A stretch of DNA of 64,000 nt from positions 711 to 64,710 of the forward strand of contig CANFJF010000007.1 of the NCBI GenBank assembly GCA_947447355.1, written 5' to 3'. Source of the DNA: Comamonadaceae bacterium. Its GTDB lineage: Bacteria; Pseudomonadota; Gammaproteobacteria; Burkholderiales; Burkholderiaceae_C. Below the pieces are notes generated by a model that saw only the letters and a program-made list of their open reading frames with translations, had not been told where the DNA came from and did not search any database. Position 1 is the first letter of the stretch; the number at the start of each line of letters is the position of its first letter. Both the position numbers and the translations under genes were made by a program. Below, in pieces: positions 1 to 8,754 of this stretch.

Positions 1-1070
1 TCACCGGCACCCAGTGCTTGAGCCACTTCTGCCGTGACCTCTTGCGGTTCCAGTTCTTCGCGGATTTCAGCGCAGACTCGCATCAAATCAGCCCGTGCCG
101 CCGCCGCGTGGCGCTCGCAAAAAGCCAGCGTCATGCCGACTTCGGCCACATCGGCGATGGCGATGCCTTTGCGCGACGGGTCGAGCCCGATCAAATGCCG
201 GACCAACACGTCCGCACCGAACTGACCGGCGCGTCTGACCGTGCCGTCAGCCAAGCTGTGTGATGGGCTACTCAGGCCGACCAATGTGCGCCGGACTTTG
301 TCAATGGCTTCTTTCGGGTCGTCGAGGGAGATGTCGAGGTCGCCCAACATCACCTCCAGCGCCGGTTGGTCGTTGAGACCGGTGATGACATTGCCCTCAC
401 AGGCGGTGATTTGATAACTCTTAGACACCGGCTGACAGCCCTGCGTGACGCGCGACATCAGGCCCAAATGGCCAGAGTCAGCACCTTGCGCGCGGGCAAA
501 AGCCACGCCGCTGAGACCACCGCTGAACACACCGCTGGCAGCGCCTTGACCTTTGAGGTTGCCATTGCCGCTGAGCGCGAACTGCACGGTCGTCGTGCGG
601 CTCGAAGCCAAGCCGCCAAAGACGTAACCGCTGTCGGTGCGGGCGGCCATTTCTTCTATCAATTCGGCCACATCGGGCGTGCTGGCGTCGGCGTGCACCA
701 AGGCCGTGTGCGCCTTGAAACGAGTCGACGGCGGCAACGGTGACACGCCGGAGAAAACGCGGTATTGGTCGGACGGCAAATCGCACAGCATCACAGCCAG
801 CGCCGGCTCGTCAAAGTACTCGACATTGTTAGCGGCAATGCCCACGCCCACCGTGCCGCTCCAGTCTGTCGCCTCCGGCAGCTCGGCACTCAGATGGTCG
901 AGGATCTCTTGCGCATGCGGCGCATAGTGGTCGGTGATGTACAGCAGCGCCAGCGTGGGCGCGCTGGCGTAGTTGGGCAGCGCCATGTGGGCACGCAATT
1001 GCGCCAACACCAGCGCTGCAGCCATGGGCCACTGTGGGTGGGTGGCGTGACCGTAGGGGAATAGTTTCAT
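1..1070 (-). CDS. FIST-domain signal-transduction protein (N-terminus present; C-terminal end runs off the window start)
   Basis: The minus frame is open from ATG 1070-1068 to the window edge, so it is absent from the ORF track. My translation (MKLFPYGHATHPQWPMAAALVLAQLRAHMALPNYASAPTLALLYITDHYAPHAQEIL...) resembles FIST_N/FIST_C proteins. The start overlaps the upstream stop (ATGA). Confidence 0.6.
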   Translation of the reverse strand, partial: MKLFPYGHATHPQWPMAAALVLAQLRAHMALPNYASAPTLALLYITDHYAPHAQEILDHLSAELPEATDWSGTVGVGIAANNVEYFDEPALAVMLCDLPSDQYRVFSGVSPLPPSTRFKAHTALVHADASTPDVAELIEEMAARTDSGYVFGGLASSRTTTVQFALSGNGNLKGQGAASGVFSGGLSGVAFARAQGADSGHLGLMSRVTQGCQPVSKSYQITACEGNVITGLNDQPALEVMLGDLDISLDDPKEAIDKVRRTLVGLSSPSHSLADGTVRRAGQFGADVLVRHLIGLDPSRKGIAIADVAEVGMTLAFCERHAAAARADLMRVCAEIREELEPQEVTAEVAQALGAG

Positions 1071-1870
1071 CGGGCTCGGGTGGGGCTTTTGCGGGCCACG
1101 GCGGCAGATGCGCGCGCAGGGGCCTTGGCTTTCGGTTTTGCTTTGGCTCTGACGGGTGCTTTGACTGGTGCCTTAGCAGCCGTCTTGAAGGCTGGCTTGA
1201 CGCGCGTTTTAGCGGCAGGCTTCACGGCCGACTTGCCCGACTTGAGGGTGGTCTTGATGACCTCTTGCGCCATGTCCTTGCCGGCATCCAGCGGATGGCG
1301 GTCTGACACTTCTTTGAGGGCCGAGGCGGCGATGCTTTGAAACTGCTGCGTCAGCGCACCCCACCACTGCATCGGGTCGACCCCAGCAGGCGCGCGGGCC
1401 GGGGGCTCGGCGGCATCAGGGGCCGGCGTCGACTCACTCTTTTGGTAACGGGTGTCCGGCACTTCAAGGCCAGAAAATAAGGGCCCCTTATCGGGCTCTG
1501 CAGCCGGCGCCGCTGGGCTCGCAGCACTTTCCGGCATCTTGACGCTGAAGGCTTTGGCCATTTCAGACATGTTCACATTCATTCCGTGCAGCGTGGCCAA
1601 GGTCATTTTCTGCACTTCCAGCGCCTGAATGGTGGCCTTCAGCGCGGTAGCATTCTGGTCCAACCAGAACTGCACGGCCTTGAGCTCTGCAATGCGCTTT
1701 TCGAGCTCTTCGACATTCATGGTCGGAGCGACCCAGTGGCCGAGCTGCGGCATTTTGGACGGCCCTTGCCCAGCGCTGGCAGTCGCTTGCCGCGTCAGGT
1801 TTTGCAAAAAATCAAAGCCCGGCACCAGCTTGCCGAAGTCGGCGAAAGTGCTTTTGTCAAAGTCGCTCAT
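1067..1870 (-). CDS. phaM: PhaM-like PHA-granule/nucleoid-associated protein
   Basis: Track ORF 1067..1927. I prefer ATG 1870 (MSDFDKSTFADFGKLVPGFDFLQNL) with AGGAGA just upstream. It has a coiled-coil core (NVEELEKRIAELKAVQFWLDQN) and a Lys/Ala/Pro-rich histone-H1-like tail (KPAAKTRVKPAFKTAAKAPVKAPVRAKAKPKAKAP). Confidence 0.65.
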   Translation of the reverse strand: MSDFDKSTFADFGKLVPGFDFLQNLTRQATASAGQGPSKMPQLGHWVAPTMNVEELEKRIAELKAVQFWLDQNATALKATIQALEVQKMTLATLHGMNVNMSEMAKAFSVKMPESAASPAAPAAEPDKGPLFSGLEVPDTRYQKSESTPAPDAAEPPARAPAGVDPMQWWGALTQQFQSIAASALKEVSDRHPLDAGKDMAQEVIKTTLKSGKSAVKPAAKTRVKPAFKTAAKAPVKAPVRAKAKPKAKAPARASAAVARKSPTRAR

Positions 1871-1958
1871 AGAGTCTCCTGAAGGTGGGTGGCAACGCCA
1901 TTGTGCAATGCCAAAGCCGTCCGTCAACTGACGCGCGGCTTTTTGCTAAGCTCTGCGC

Positions 1959-2372
1959 ATGAAAAGTCTCTTCCACTTCGCCTTCAACGTGACCGACCTG
2001 GACGTGGCACGCCATTTTTACGGCGATGTTCTTGGCTGTACCGAGGGCCGCTCAACCGCCACCTGGGTGGATTTCGATTTCGTCGGCCATCAACTCTCGC
2101 TGCACTTGGGCGAGCCATTGAAAACCGCACGCACCGGCCGCGTCGGCGACCACATGGTGCCAATGCCTCACTTCGGTTTGGTGCTGGCCCTGCCGGATTG
2201 GCAGACCATGGCCGCCCAGCTGGAGGCCGCCAACGTCGACTTCATCATGAAGCCGCAGTGCCGCTTTGCCGGTGAGCCGGGTGAGCAATGGACGATGTTT
2301 TTCTGCGATCCTTTCGGCAACCCGATGGAGATCAAGGGCTTTCGCTCACTGGAGTCGCTTTACGCGGTCTGA
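1959..2372 (+). CDS. VOC (glyoxalase/bleomycin-resistance/dioxygenase) family protein
   Basis: 137-aa ORF. The N-terminus (HFAFNVTDLDVARHFYGDVLG) and the C-terminal segment (FFCDPFGNPMEIK) are typical of the VOC fold. Confidence 0.75.
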   Translation: MKSLFHFAFNVTDLDVARHFYGDVLGCTEGRSTATWVDFDFVGHQLSLHLGEPLKTARTGRVGDHMVPMPHFGLVLALPDWQTMAAQLEAANVDFIMKPQCRFAGEPGEQWTMFFCDPFGNPMEIKGFRSLESLYAV

Positions 2373-3381
2373 CGACGATCGACGTGGCAATTTTTTGCTC
2401 AATGGCACCAAACAGCTGCCGCCCGTCTTTGTCTTTCATCTCGATGCGGATGGTGTCGCCAAACTTCATGTACTCGGTCTTCGGCTGACCGTCCTGAATG
2501 GTTTCGATGGCGCGCTTTTCTGCGATGCAGCTGTAACCCTTGGGCCAATCGATTTTGCCCTTGTGCTCCACGCCCGGGTTGCTGACCGTGCCCGAGCCGA
2601 TGATGCTGCCGGCGCGCACATTGCGCGTCCGGCACAGATGCGCAATGAGCTGGCCAAAATGAAAGGTCATGTCCGGACCGGCGTCGCACATACCCACCTT
2701 GCGACCGTTCCAAGTGCTTTGTACGGTCAGGTGCAGACGGCCTTTTTGCCAGGCCGCACCGAGCTCGTCCGGTGTCACCGCCACCGGACTGAAGGCTGTC
2801 GCCGGTTTGCCCTGCACAAAGCCAAAACCCTTGGCCACTTCGCCGGGAATCACGTTGCGCAAAGACACATCGTTGGCCAACATCAACAGCCTGATGCCGT
2901 CCAGCGCTTGTTCAGGCGTGCAGCCCATGGCAACGTCGCCGGTGACGACGGCAACCTCGGCTTCAAAATCAATGCCCAAGTCTTCACTGGGCAAGCGCAC
3001 GTCGTCGCACGGGCCCAGAAAATCGTCACTGCCGCCTTGATACATCAGCGGGTCGGTGTAATACGTAGCGGGCACCTCCGCGCCCCGGGCGCGTCGCACC
3101 AACTCGACGTGGTTGATGAAAGCCGAGCCGTCGGCCCACTGATAGGCGCGTGGCAAAGGGGCCATGCAGCGAGCCGCCTCAAACGGGAAAGCGTGGCGTG
3201 CCCGGCCCTGATTCAGGGCGTCATAGAGGTCTTGCAACTGCGGTGACAGAAAGTTCCAGTCGTCCAACACCTGCTGCAAGGTGTTGGCAATACCGGTTGC
3301 ATAGTGCGCGCTGGCGAGGTCCCGGGAGACCACCAGCAATTGGCCGTCACGCGAGCCATCTTTGTATGTGGCGAGTTTCAT
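2332..3381 (-). CDS. Fumarylacetoacetate hydrolase (FAH) family protein
   Basis: Track ORF 2332..3420. The likely start is ATG 3381 (MKLATYKDGSRDGQLLVVS). The FAH-type C-terminal domain shows in GFGFVQGKPATAFSPVAVTPDEL and GSIIGSGTVSN. The last 41 nt overlap the convergent VOC gene. Confidence 0.8.
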   Translation of the reverse strand: MKLATYKDGSRDGQLLVVSRDLASAHYATGIANTLQQVLDDWNFLSPQLQDLYDALNQGRARHAFPFEAARCMAPLPRAYQWADGSAFINHVELVRRARGAEVPATYYTDPLMYQGGSDDFLGPCDDVRLPSEDLGIDFEAEVAVVTGDVAMGCTPEQALDGIRLLMLANDVSLRNVIPGEVAKGFGFVQGKPATAFSPVAVTPDELGAAWQKGRLHLTVQSTWNGRKVGMCDAGPDMTFHFGQLIAHLCRTRNVRAGSIIGSGTVSNPGVEHKGKIDWPKGYSCIAEKRAIETIQDGQPKTEYMKFGDTIRIEMKDKDGRQLFGAIEQKIATSIVVRPRKATPVSESP

Positions 3382-3567
3382 GGTTTGTCTTTCTTCTCTG
3401 CTTGTCGTCTGGTTGGCCAAGCCGGCATCCTACCCGAGCCTGCTGGCAAACTGAGGGTGCGAATGGACTTCCCTGCACACGGCGCAAAGACCGGCGTTAC
3501 GATCAATGGCCTAGATTCTGCCACCCCGCATTGCCGCGATTCAGCCCTCCTTTCTTTGCCTTGACCC

Positions 3568-4722
3568 ATGACAGACAGCCCCGTCTCTCGCCCCACTCAC
3601 CCGCAAGCTCCGCGCTTTGCGCCGCATCGCCTTTTGGCGCTGTTGGCGCTGCTCGTCATGCTGGTTCACTGGTGGCTGTTAGACACCCTTCCGCTGGCAG
3701 TGACTATGGGGCCCGCGATAAAGCCGCTGAATCCGACCACGCTGGTGTTCAACACCCGGCGAATTGAAGTACCGCTTGTGACAGCGGTTCAGCGGGTCCA
3801 AGCCAAACCGGCTCAGCCCAAACCCGTGCTGATTCAAAAACCAAAAACTCAGTCGCCCAGAGTCGCTCTGGCGGAGCCCATCACCCCGGAGCCCATCATT
3901 TCACCTGCGACGGTAGCCGAAGTGAGCCTGGAAACACCCCCCGCAGAGCCAAAGCTGTCCTTGCCCGCCGAAAACGCCAGCCCCAACTCGGCCGCGGCAG
4001 ACATCCCCAAAGCTGAATCGCCAGAAGCTTCCGCGCCGACTGAGACGACCCAGACCACCGATCCGCCAACGGCCCAAGCCCATTTCATCATTCCCGGCAC
4101 CGTGCGGCTCAAATATGAGATGACAGGACTGTCAGGCGGCTTCACTTACCACGCTACCGGTGTGATGACTTGGCTACAAGACGGCAGCCGCTACGACGCG
4201 AACATGGTGGTGACCGCTTTTTTGATTGGCTCCCGATCTCTGAGCAGCGTCGGCGACATCACGACCGATGGTTTGGCACCAAAGCGCTTTGCCGACAAAT
4301 TTCGCAACGAACTCGCGGCGCACTTTCAAGCCGACAAAGGAAAAATCACGTTCAGCGCCAACACCCCTGACGCGCCCTGGAAACGGGGCGTGCAAGATCG
4401 GCTCAGTGTATTTTTTCAGTTGGCGAGTCTGCTGGCCGGTCAACCAGACAGTTTTCCAGTGGGGGCCAAGATTCCGATTTACACGGCCGGACAGAAGGAC
4501 GCCGACACGTGGACCTTCAGTGTGGCGGGCCAGGAAGAACTGAACCTGCCACAGGGTTCAGTGACAGCGATCAAACTAACGCGCGACCCTCGACAAGCGT
4601 TCGACCAACGCGTCGAAGCCTGGTTTGCACCGTCTTTGGCCTACTGGCCGGTCCGCATCAAAGTCACGCAACAGAGCGGCGATTACATCGACCAGCAGTT
4701 GTCCAGCAGCGGCCCGCCTTGA
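3568..4722 (+). CDS. DUF3108-family protein with a Pro-rich N-terminal linker
   Basis: 384-aa ORF with one N-terminal TM/signal segment (LLALLALLVMLVHWWLL) and a P/A/E-rich spacer. The C-terminal 200 aa resemble DUF3108 (RLKYEM...GVMTWLQDGSRYD...WFAPSLAYWPVRIK). Confidence 0.65.
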   Translation: MTDSPVSRPTHPQAPRFAPHRLLALLALLVMLVHWWLLDTLPLAVTMGPAIKPLNPTTLVFNTRRIEVPLVTAVQRVQAKPAQPKPVLIQKPKTQSPRVALAEPITPEPIISPATVAEVSLETPPAEPKLSLPAENASPNSAAADIPKAESPEASAPTETTQTTDPPTAQAHFIIPGTVRLKYEMTGLSGGFTYHATGVMTWLQDGSRYDANMVVTAFLIGSRSLSSVGDITTDGLAPKRFADKFRNELAAHFQADKGKITFSANTPDAPWKRGVQDRLSVFFQLASLLAGQPDSFPVGAKIPIYTAGQKDADTWTFSVAGQEELNLPQGSVTAIKLTRDPRQAFDQRVEAWFAPSLAYWPVRIKVTQQSGDYIDQQLSSSGPP

Positions 4723-4768
4723 ACTTGTAGACATCGTCACCATTTGATTGAAAAGGGGGATGTTTTTC

Positions 4769-5062
4769 ATGCAAATGCTTTATGACTCAGACACTTTTGC
4801 GGTAGTTCAAATTCACGCCAACGCGGATGATGAGAATTCGCTTGTGGCGGGGACGTTGCCTGCGCCGCCGCAGCTGGCCCGCCACGGGTTTGAAATCGTC
4901 GACAAGCGCTCTGGCAAAGAGGTATATCTCGACGGCTCTTGGGCCGAATTTTTTCAGCAACGCTTGAATGTGTTTCAACAAAAAACACCCACACAAGAAG
5001 AAGTCGAAGACATGCTGGAAGGCTATGCTGAACTGGCCCAAACACCGGTGTCGGTGCACTGA
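4769..5062 (+). CDS. DUF3567-family small protein
   Basis: Track ORF 4748..5062. ATG 4769 (MQMLYDSDTFAVVQI) has an AGGGGGA Shine-Dalgarno-like sequence upstream. The N-terminus resembles the DUF3567/BTH_I0359 family. Confidence 0.55.
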   Translation: MQMLYDSDTFAVVQIHANADDENSLVAGTLPAPPQLARHGFEIVDKRSGKEVYLDGSWAEFFQQRLNVFQQKTPTQEEVEDMLEGYAELAQTPVSVH

Positions 5063-5079
5063 AACCTATTGACTGCGGA

Positions 5080-6180
5080 CTACAGCGGCTCCTGATACCA
5101 CCAGCGGTACATCGGCTCTGCCAGCAACAACACGGCGGCCAGCCGCATCACATGAAACGCGGTGACGATCGGCACACCCAATTGCAAGACTTTGGCGGTG
5201 ATGGCCATTTCTGCCACGCCGCCAGGCGAGGTGCCCAGCAAGAGCGTGGCCCAATGCAGATCGACAACATGAGACAGCCCCCAAGCGAAACCGCCGCAAA
5301 GCGCAATCATGACCACCGTGGCCAGCGCCACTGAAGCCATCCAGCGCGGTGCCATGTGCACAAAACCGGGGGTGAAACGCACGCCCAGACTGATGCCAAT
5401 CACCAGCTGGGCGGCATTGACCATGCCGGGTGGCAGTGCCGACTGACTCAACCCATTGGCGGTCAGCAATATAGACACCGCCAGCGCCCCAATAAACCAA
5501 GGGTTGGCGCGTTTTGTCTTGACCATCACCCAGCAACCCGCGCCGGTGAGCAAGGTCCACAGCGCCAAGTTAGGCAAGACCACAATACGCGGCCCAGGTA
5601 AAGTGGTGTCGAGACCGTGCAGCCCAGCCCACTGAAAACCAAAAGGGACAATCAGCGTCACCAGCATCACGCGCAAACTGTGCGCCGATGCAATGAGGTC
5701 GGTGCTGGCACCGTGGCGCTCGCCCATGAGCGTCATCTCCGATGCGGCGCCAATGGGCGAAGAAAAGTAGGTGGTGACACGCGACAACCCGGCGATATGC
5801 AAGGGGCCAGCGCTCCCATTCACCCGGTACAACCAAGCGCCAAACACCAGCCCCAGCACCAGCGCCCAAACAATGCCAATCGCCATAGCCCACCACAAAC
5901 TGCCCACCAAACTCACGATTTGTGGCGTGAAGTACAGCCCCAAGGCGCCGCCAATGGTCCATTGACCGCAGTTGCGCAACGGGGTCCAACTGGCGGTCGG
6001 CCCATTGGCCATCGTCAGGCCAGCGGTGATCAGCAGCGGTCCGATCATCCAAGGCAAAGGAATTCGCAGCGCGGAGCAGACCAAGGCCGCCGCCCAAGCC
6101 AGCAACAGCGTCAGCAAGGCACGCACCAGAAGGTGCTGAAACAAAGTCTCAGTGAATTTGACGAAGGCGGATGGGGACAT
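5080..6180 (-). CDS. AbrB-family duplicated membrane protein (PF05145 type, sometimes labelled putative ammonia monooxygenase)
   Basis: 366-aa, highly hydrophobic, multi-TM ORF with an internally duplicated pattern typical of this family. Confidence 0.6.
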   Translation of the reverse strand: MSPSAFVKFTETLFQHLLVRALLTLLLAWAAALVCSALRIPLPWMIGPLLITAGLTMANGPTASWTPLRNCGQWTIGGALGLYFTPQIVSLVGSLWWAMAIGIVWALVLGLVFGAWLYRVNGSAGPLHIAGLSRVTTYFSSPIGAASEMTLMGERHGASTDLIASAHSLRVMLVTLIVPFGFQWAGLHGLDTTLPGPRIVVLPNLALWTLLTGAGCWVMVKTKRANPWFIGALAVSILLTANGLSQSALPPGMVNAAQLVIGISLGVRFTPGFVHMAPRWMASVALATVVMIALCGGFAWGLSHVVDLHWATLLLGTSPGGVAEMAITAKVLQLGVPIVTAFHVMRLAAVLLLAEPMYRWWYQEPL

Positions 6181-6237
6181 GAATCGGTCGGCTACAAAAC
6201 GGGGCTGCGAAGCAAGCGGAGGCCTTAGTATCGACGC

Positions 6238-7095
6238 ATGCTCCCCTCTTTTTTCCTACCTGCCCTTGCACGGCCTTTTGCTTGTGCGCTGACCGTCATG
6301 GTCGGTGCGTCTCTAGTTGCTTGTAGCCATGGCCTAGGGGCAACTTCTGCCAAACCCAGTCCAACTGAAATAGCCGCCCGATTGGACGCCTGGCTGCCTG
6401 CCGATGTGTTGTTGCTGGGCGAGCAGCATGATGCTCCCGCACATCAGGCACTGCAGCAACAAATCGTCGAAGCGCTGTCAGCGCGCGGTGTGCTCGCGGC
6501 GGTGGCCTTGGAGATGGCCGACAGTGGTGGCAGCACCGCCGGCCTGCTCACGGATGCAGGCGAAGCGCAAACCCGCACGGCGCTGAACTGGAACAACGAT
6601 GCTTGGCCGTGGGCCGCCTATGGCCCGACCGTGATGAGCGCCGTGCGCGCAGGCATTCCGGTGCTGGGGGCGAACTTGCCGCGCACGCAAATGAAAGGCA
6701 GCATGACCGATGCGCAGCTAGACCAGCGTCTACCGGGTCCGGCGCTAAAAGCCCAGCAACAACTCATTCGGCAAGGTCATTGCGGCCTGTTGCCCGAGAG
6801 CCAGATCACGCCCATGACACGCATTCAAATCGCCAAAGATAGGCGCATGGCGGACACCGTGCAAGCGGCAGTACGAACCGGCCAAGTGGTGGTGCTGATC
6901 AGCGGCAGCGTCCATGCCGACAAGCAACTCGGCGTGCCGCAACACCTGCCGCCAACGTTGCGCGTCAAAGCTATACGCTTGCGATCTGGGACGGCGGGCG
7001 ACGCGCACGAATCTTTTGACAGCGTGTGGCTCACACCAGCAACGCCCGACATAGATTACTGTGCGGACCTGGCCAAGCAACTGCCAAGACGTTGA
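6238..7095 (+). CDS. ChaN-family (haem-binding uptake/Tiki-like) lipoprotein
   Basis: 285-aa ORF with a lipoprotein-like signal (LVAC) and the LLLGEQHDAPAHQ motif characteristic of ChaN-like proteins. Confidence 0.65.
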   Translation: MLPSFFLPALARPFACALTVMVGASLVACSHGLGATSAKPSPTEIAARLDAWLPADVLLLGEQHDAPAHQALQQQIVEALSARGVLAAVALEMADSGGSTAGLLTDAGEAQTRTALNWNNDAWPWAAYGPTVMSAVRAGIPVLGANLPRTQMKGSMTDAQLDQRLPGPALKAQQQLIRQGHCGLLPESQITPMTRIQIAKDRRMADTVQAAVRTGQVVVLISGSVHADKQLGVPQHLPPTLRVKAIRLRSGTAGDAHESFDSVWLTPATPDIDYCADLAKQLPRR

Positions 7096-7100
7096 ACTTT

Positions 7101-7295
7101 CGCAGAATCGGCCAGAGGCTGGCCTCCTACGGTGCACGGAGCCGTCCGCTCCCCCGTAGGAGCTGAGTCCCCTTAGCGATTCTTACCAAGAGACACGGGC
7201 GGAAGACACGCAGAATCGGCCAGAGGCTGGCCTCCTACCGTGCACGGAGCCGTCCGCTCCCCCGTAGGAGCTGAGCCCCCTCAGCGATTCTTACC
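7101..7295. repeat. Two near-identical 87-nt direct repeats (7101-7187 and 7209-7295, period 108 bp), each holding two hairpins
   Basis: Read directly: CGCAGAATCGGCCAGAGGCTGGCCTCCTAC(G/C)GTGCACGGAGCCGTCCGCTCCCCCGTAGGAGCTGAG..CC..AGCGATTCTTACC occurs twice. Hairpins are GGCCAG-agg-CTGGCC and CTCCTACGG...(GGAGC-cgtcc-GCTCC)...CCGTAGGAG. Confidence 0.9.
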
Positions 7296-7303
7296 GGGGC
7301 GCT

Positions 7304-8644
7304 TCAAGCGTGCTTGCGAATCGCGTCAGCCAGCACGTTGACCATGCGGTCGATGTGCTCTTTTTCCACTATGAACGGTGGGCACAGCACGATGTTGTCT
7401 CCGGCGGACCGGACCAACACGCCGTTGTGGAAACAGGTCATGAAAACGTCATAAGCGCGCTTTCCCGGCGCTCCTGGAATCGACGCCATCTCGACGGCGC
7501 CGGCCAGCCCCATGCTGCGAATGCCAATGACATTCGGCAGGCCCTTCAAGCCGCTGTGCATCACATCACCCAACAGCGTGCCCATCTGACCGGCGCGTTC
7601 AAACAACTTTTCTTCCTCGAACAACGTGAGCGTGGCAATGGCCGCAGCGCAGGCCACCGGATGGCCTGAGTAGGTGTAGCCGTGGAAGAACTCGATGGCG
7701 TGGTCGGGTGCTCCCTCATTGGCCTTCATCATGGTGTTGTAAATGCGATCGCTGCAGACCACCCCGCCCAGCGGAATCACGCCGTTGGTGACGCCTTTGG
7801 CGAAGTTCAGCATGTCGGGCACAACGCCGTAGTAATCAGCCCCGAAGTTGACGCCCATGCGGCCAAAGCCGGTGATCACTTCGTCAAAAATCAGCAAGAT
7901 GCCGTGCTTGTCGCAGATTTCGCGCAGCCGCTTCAAGTAGCCCTGCGGCGGCAGATACCAGCCGGCACTGCCCGCCACCGGTTCGACGATCACGGCGGCA
8001 ATGTTGCTGGCGTCGTGCAGCGGCAAGATGCGGTTTTCGAGTTCCAACAAAATGTCTTCTTGCCAGACCGGTTCTTGGTTGTGAATGTAGGCGTGGTTCA
8101 CGGGGTCGTGAATGAAGCGCATGTGGTCCACCCGAGGCAGCAGCGCCGTGCCGTAGGCTTTGCGATTGGCCGGAATGCCACCCACGCTCATGCCGCCAAA
8201 ACCGACACCGTGGTAGCCGCGCTCACGGCCAATGAAAACATTGCGATGGCCTTCGCCACGGGCACGATGATATGCCAGCGCGACCTTCAGTGAGGTGTCG
8301 GCGGCCTCTGAGCCAGAGTTGCAAAACAGCACCTTGTTCAAGTCGCCGGGTGCCATGTTGGCGATCATCTCTGCGGCCTTGAAAGCCTGGTCATTGCTGG
8401 CCTGAAAAGCCGTGGCGTAGTCCAGCGTGTCGAGCTGCTTTTTGATCGCCTCGTTGATCGGCTTGCGGTTGTGACCCGCGGTGACACACCACAGACTTGA
8501 AATGCCGTCCAGCACCTGTTTGCCATCGTGCGTGGTGAAGTGCATGCCGTCGGCGGCGACGAAAACGCGCGGGTCTTGCTTGAAGCTGCGGTTCGGCGTG
8601 AACGGCAGCCAGTGGTGATCCATGTTGAAGTTTTGCGGTGTCAT
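7304..8644 (-). CDS. Class-III PLP aminotransferase (omega-amino acid/beta-alanine:pyruvate transaminase-like)
   Basis: 446-aa ORF with the motifs FCNSGSEAADTSLK and DEVITGFGRMG. The N-terminus (HHWLPFTPNRSFKQDPR) is typical of omega-transaminases. Confidence 0.85.
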   Translation of the reverse strand: MTPQNFNMDHHWLPFTPNRSFKQDPRVFVAADGMHFTTHDGKQVLDGISSLWCVTAGHNRKPINEAIKKQLDTLDYATAFQASNDQAFKAAEMIANMAPGDLNKVLFCNSGSEAADTSLKVALAYHRARGEGHRNVFIGRERGYHGVGFGGMSVGGIPANRKAYGTALLPRVDHMRFIHDPVNHAYIHNQEPVWQEDILLELENRILPLHDASNIAAVIVEPVAGSAGWYLPPQGYLKRLREICDKHGILLIFDEVITGFGRMGVNFGADYYGVVPDMLNFAKGVTNGVIPLGGVVCSDRIYNTMMKANEGAPDHAIEFFHGYTYSGHPVACAAAIATLTLFEEEKLFERAGQMGTLLGDVMHSGLKGLPNVIGIRSMGLAGAVEMASIPGAPGKRAYDVFMTCFHNGVLVRSAGDNIVLCPPFIVEKEHIDRMVNVLADAIRKHA

Positions 8645-8754
8645 GTGAGGTCCCTTGAAGGCGTGATCGGTACGTGGGGCTTATTTTGTCACTGATGCTG
8701 TTTGCCCTGACGAGCTCAACGTACCGCGTCTGCGCCTGCGACAATGGCCCCGCC

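Noticed and set aside
7101-7295. Possible CRISPR array.
   Set aside because: There are only two repeat units of 87 nt with a 21-nt spacer. There are no cas genes, and the unit length and spacing are unlike CRISPR.
8645-8754. Possible ZTP (pfl-motif) or other riboswitch in the purU leader.
   Set aside because: I could not find the conserved ZTP elements (GACUGGCG-type 5' part and CCGCCUGGGC-type 3' part) on reading the 110-nt leader. An Rfam scan would be needed to be certain.
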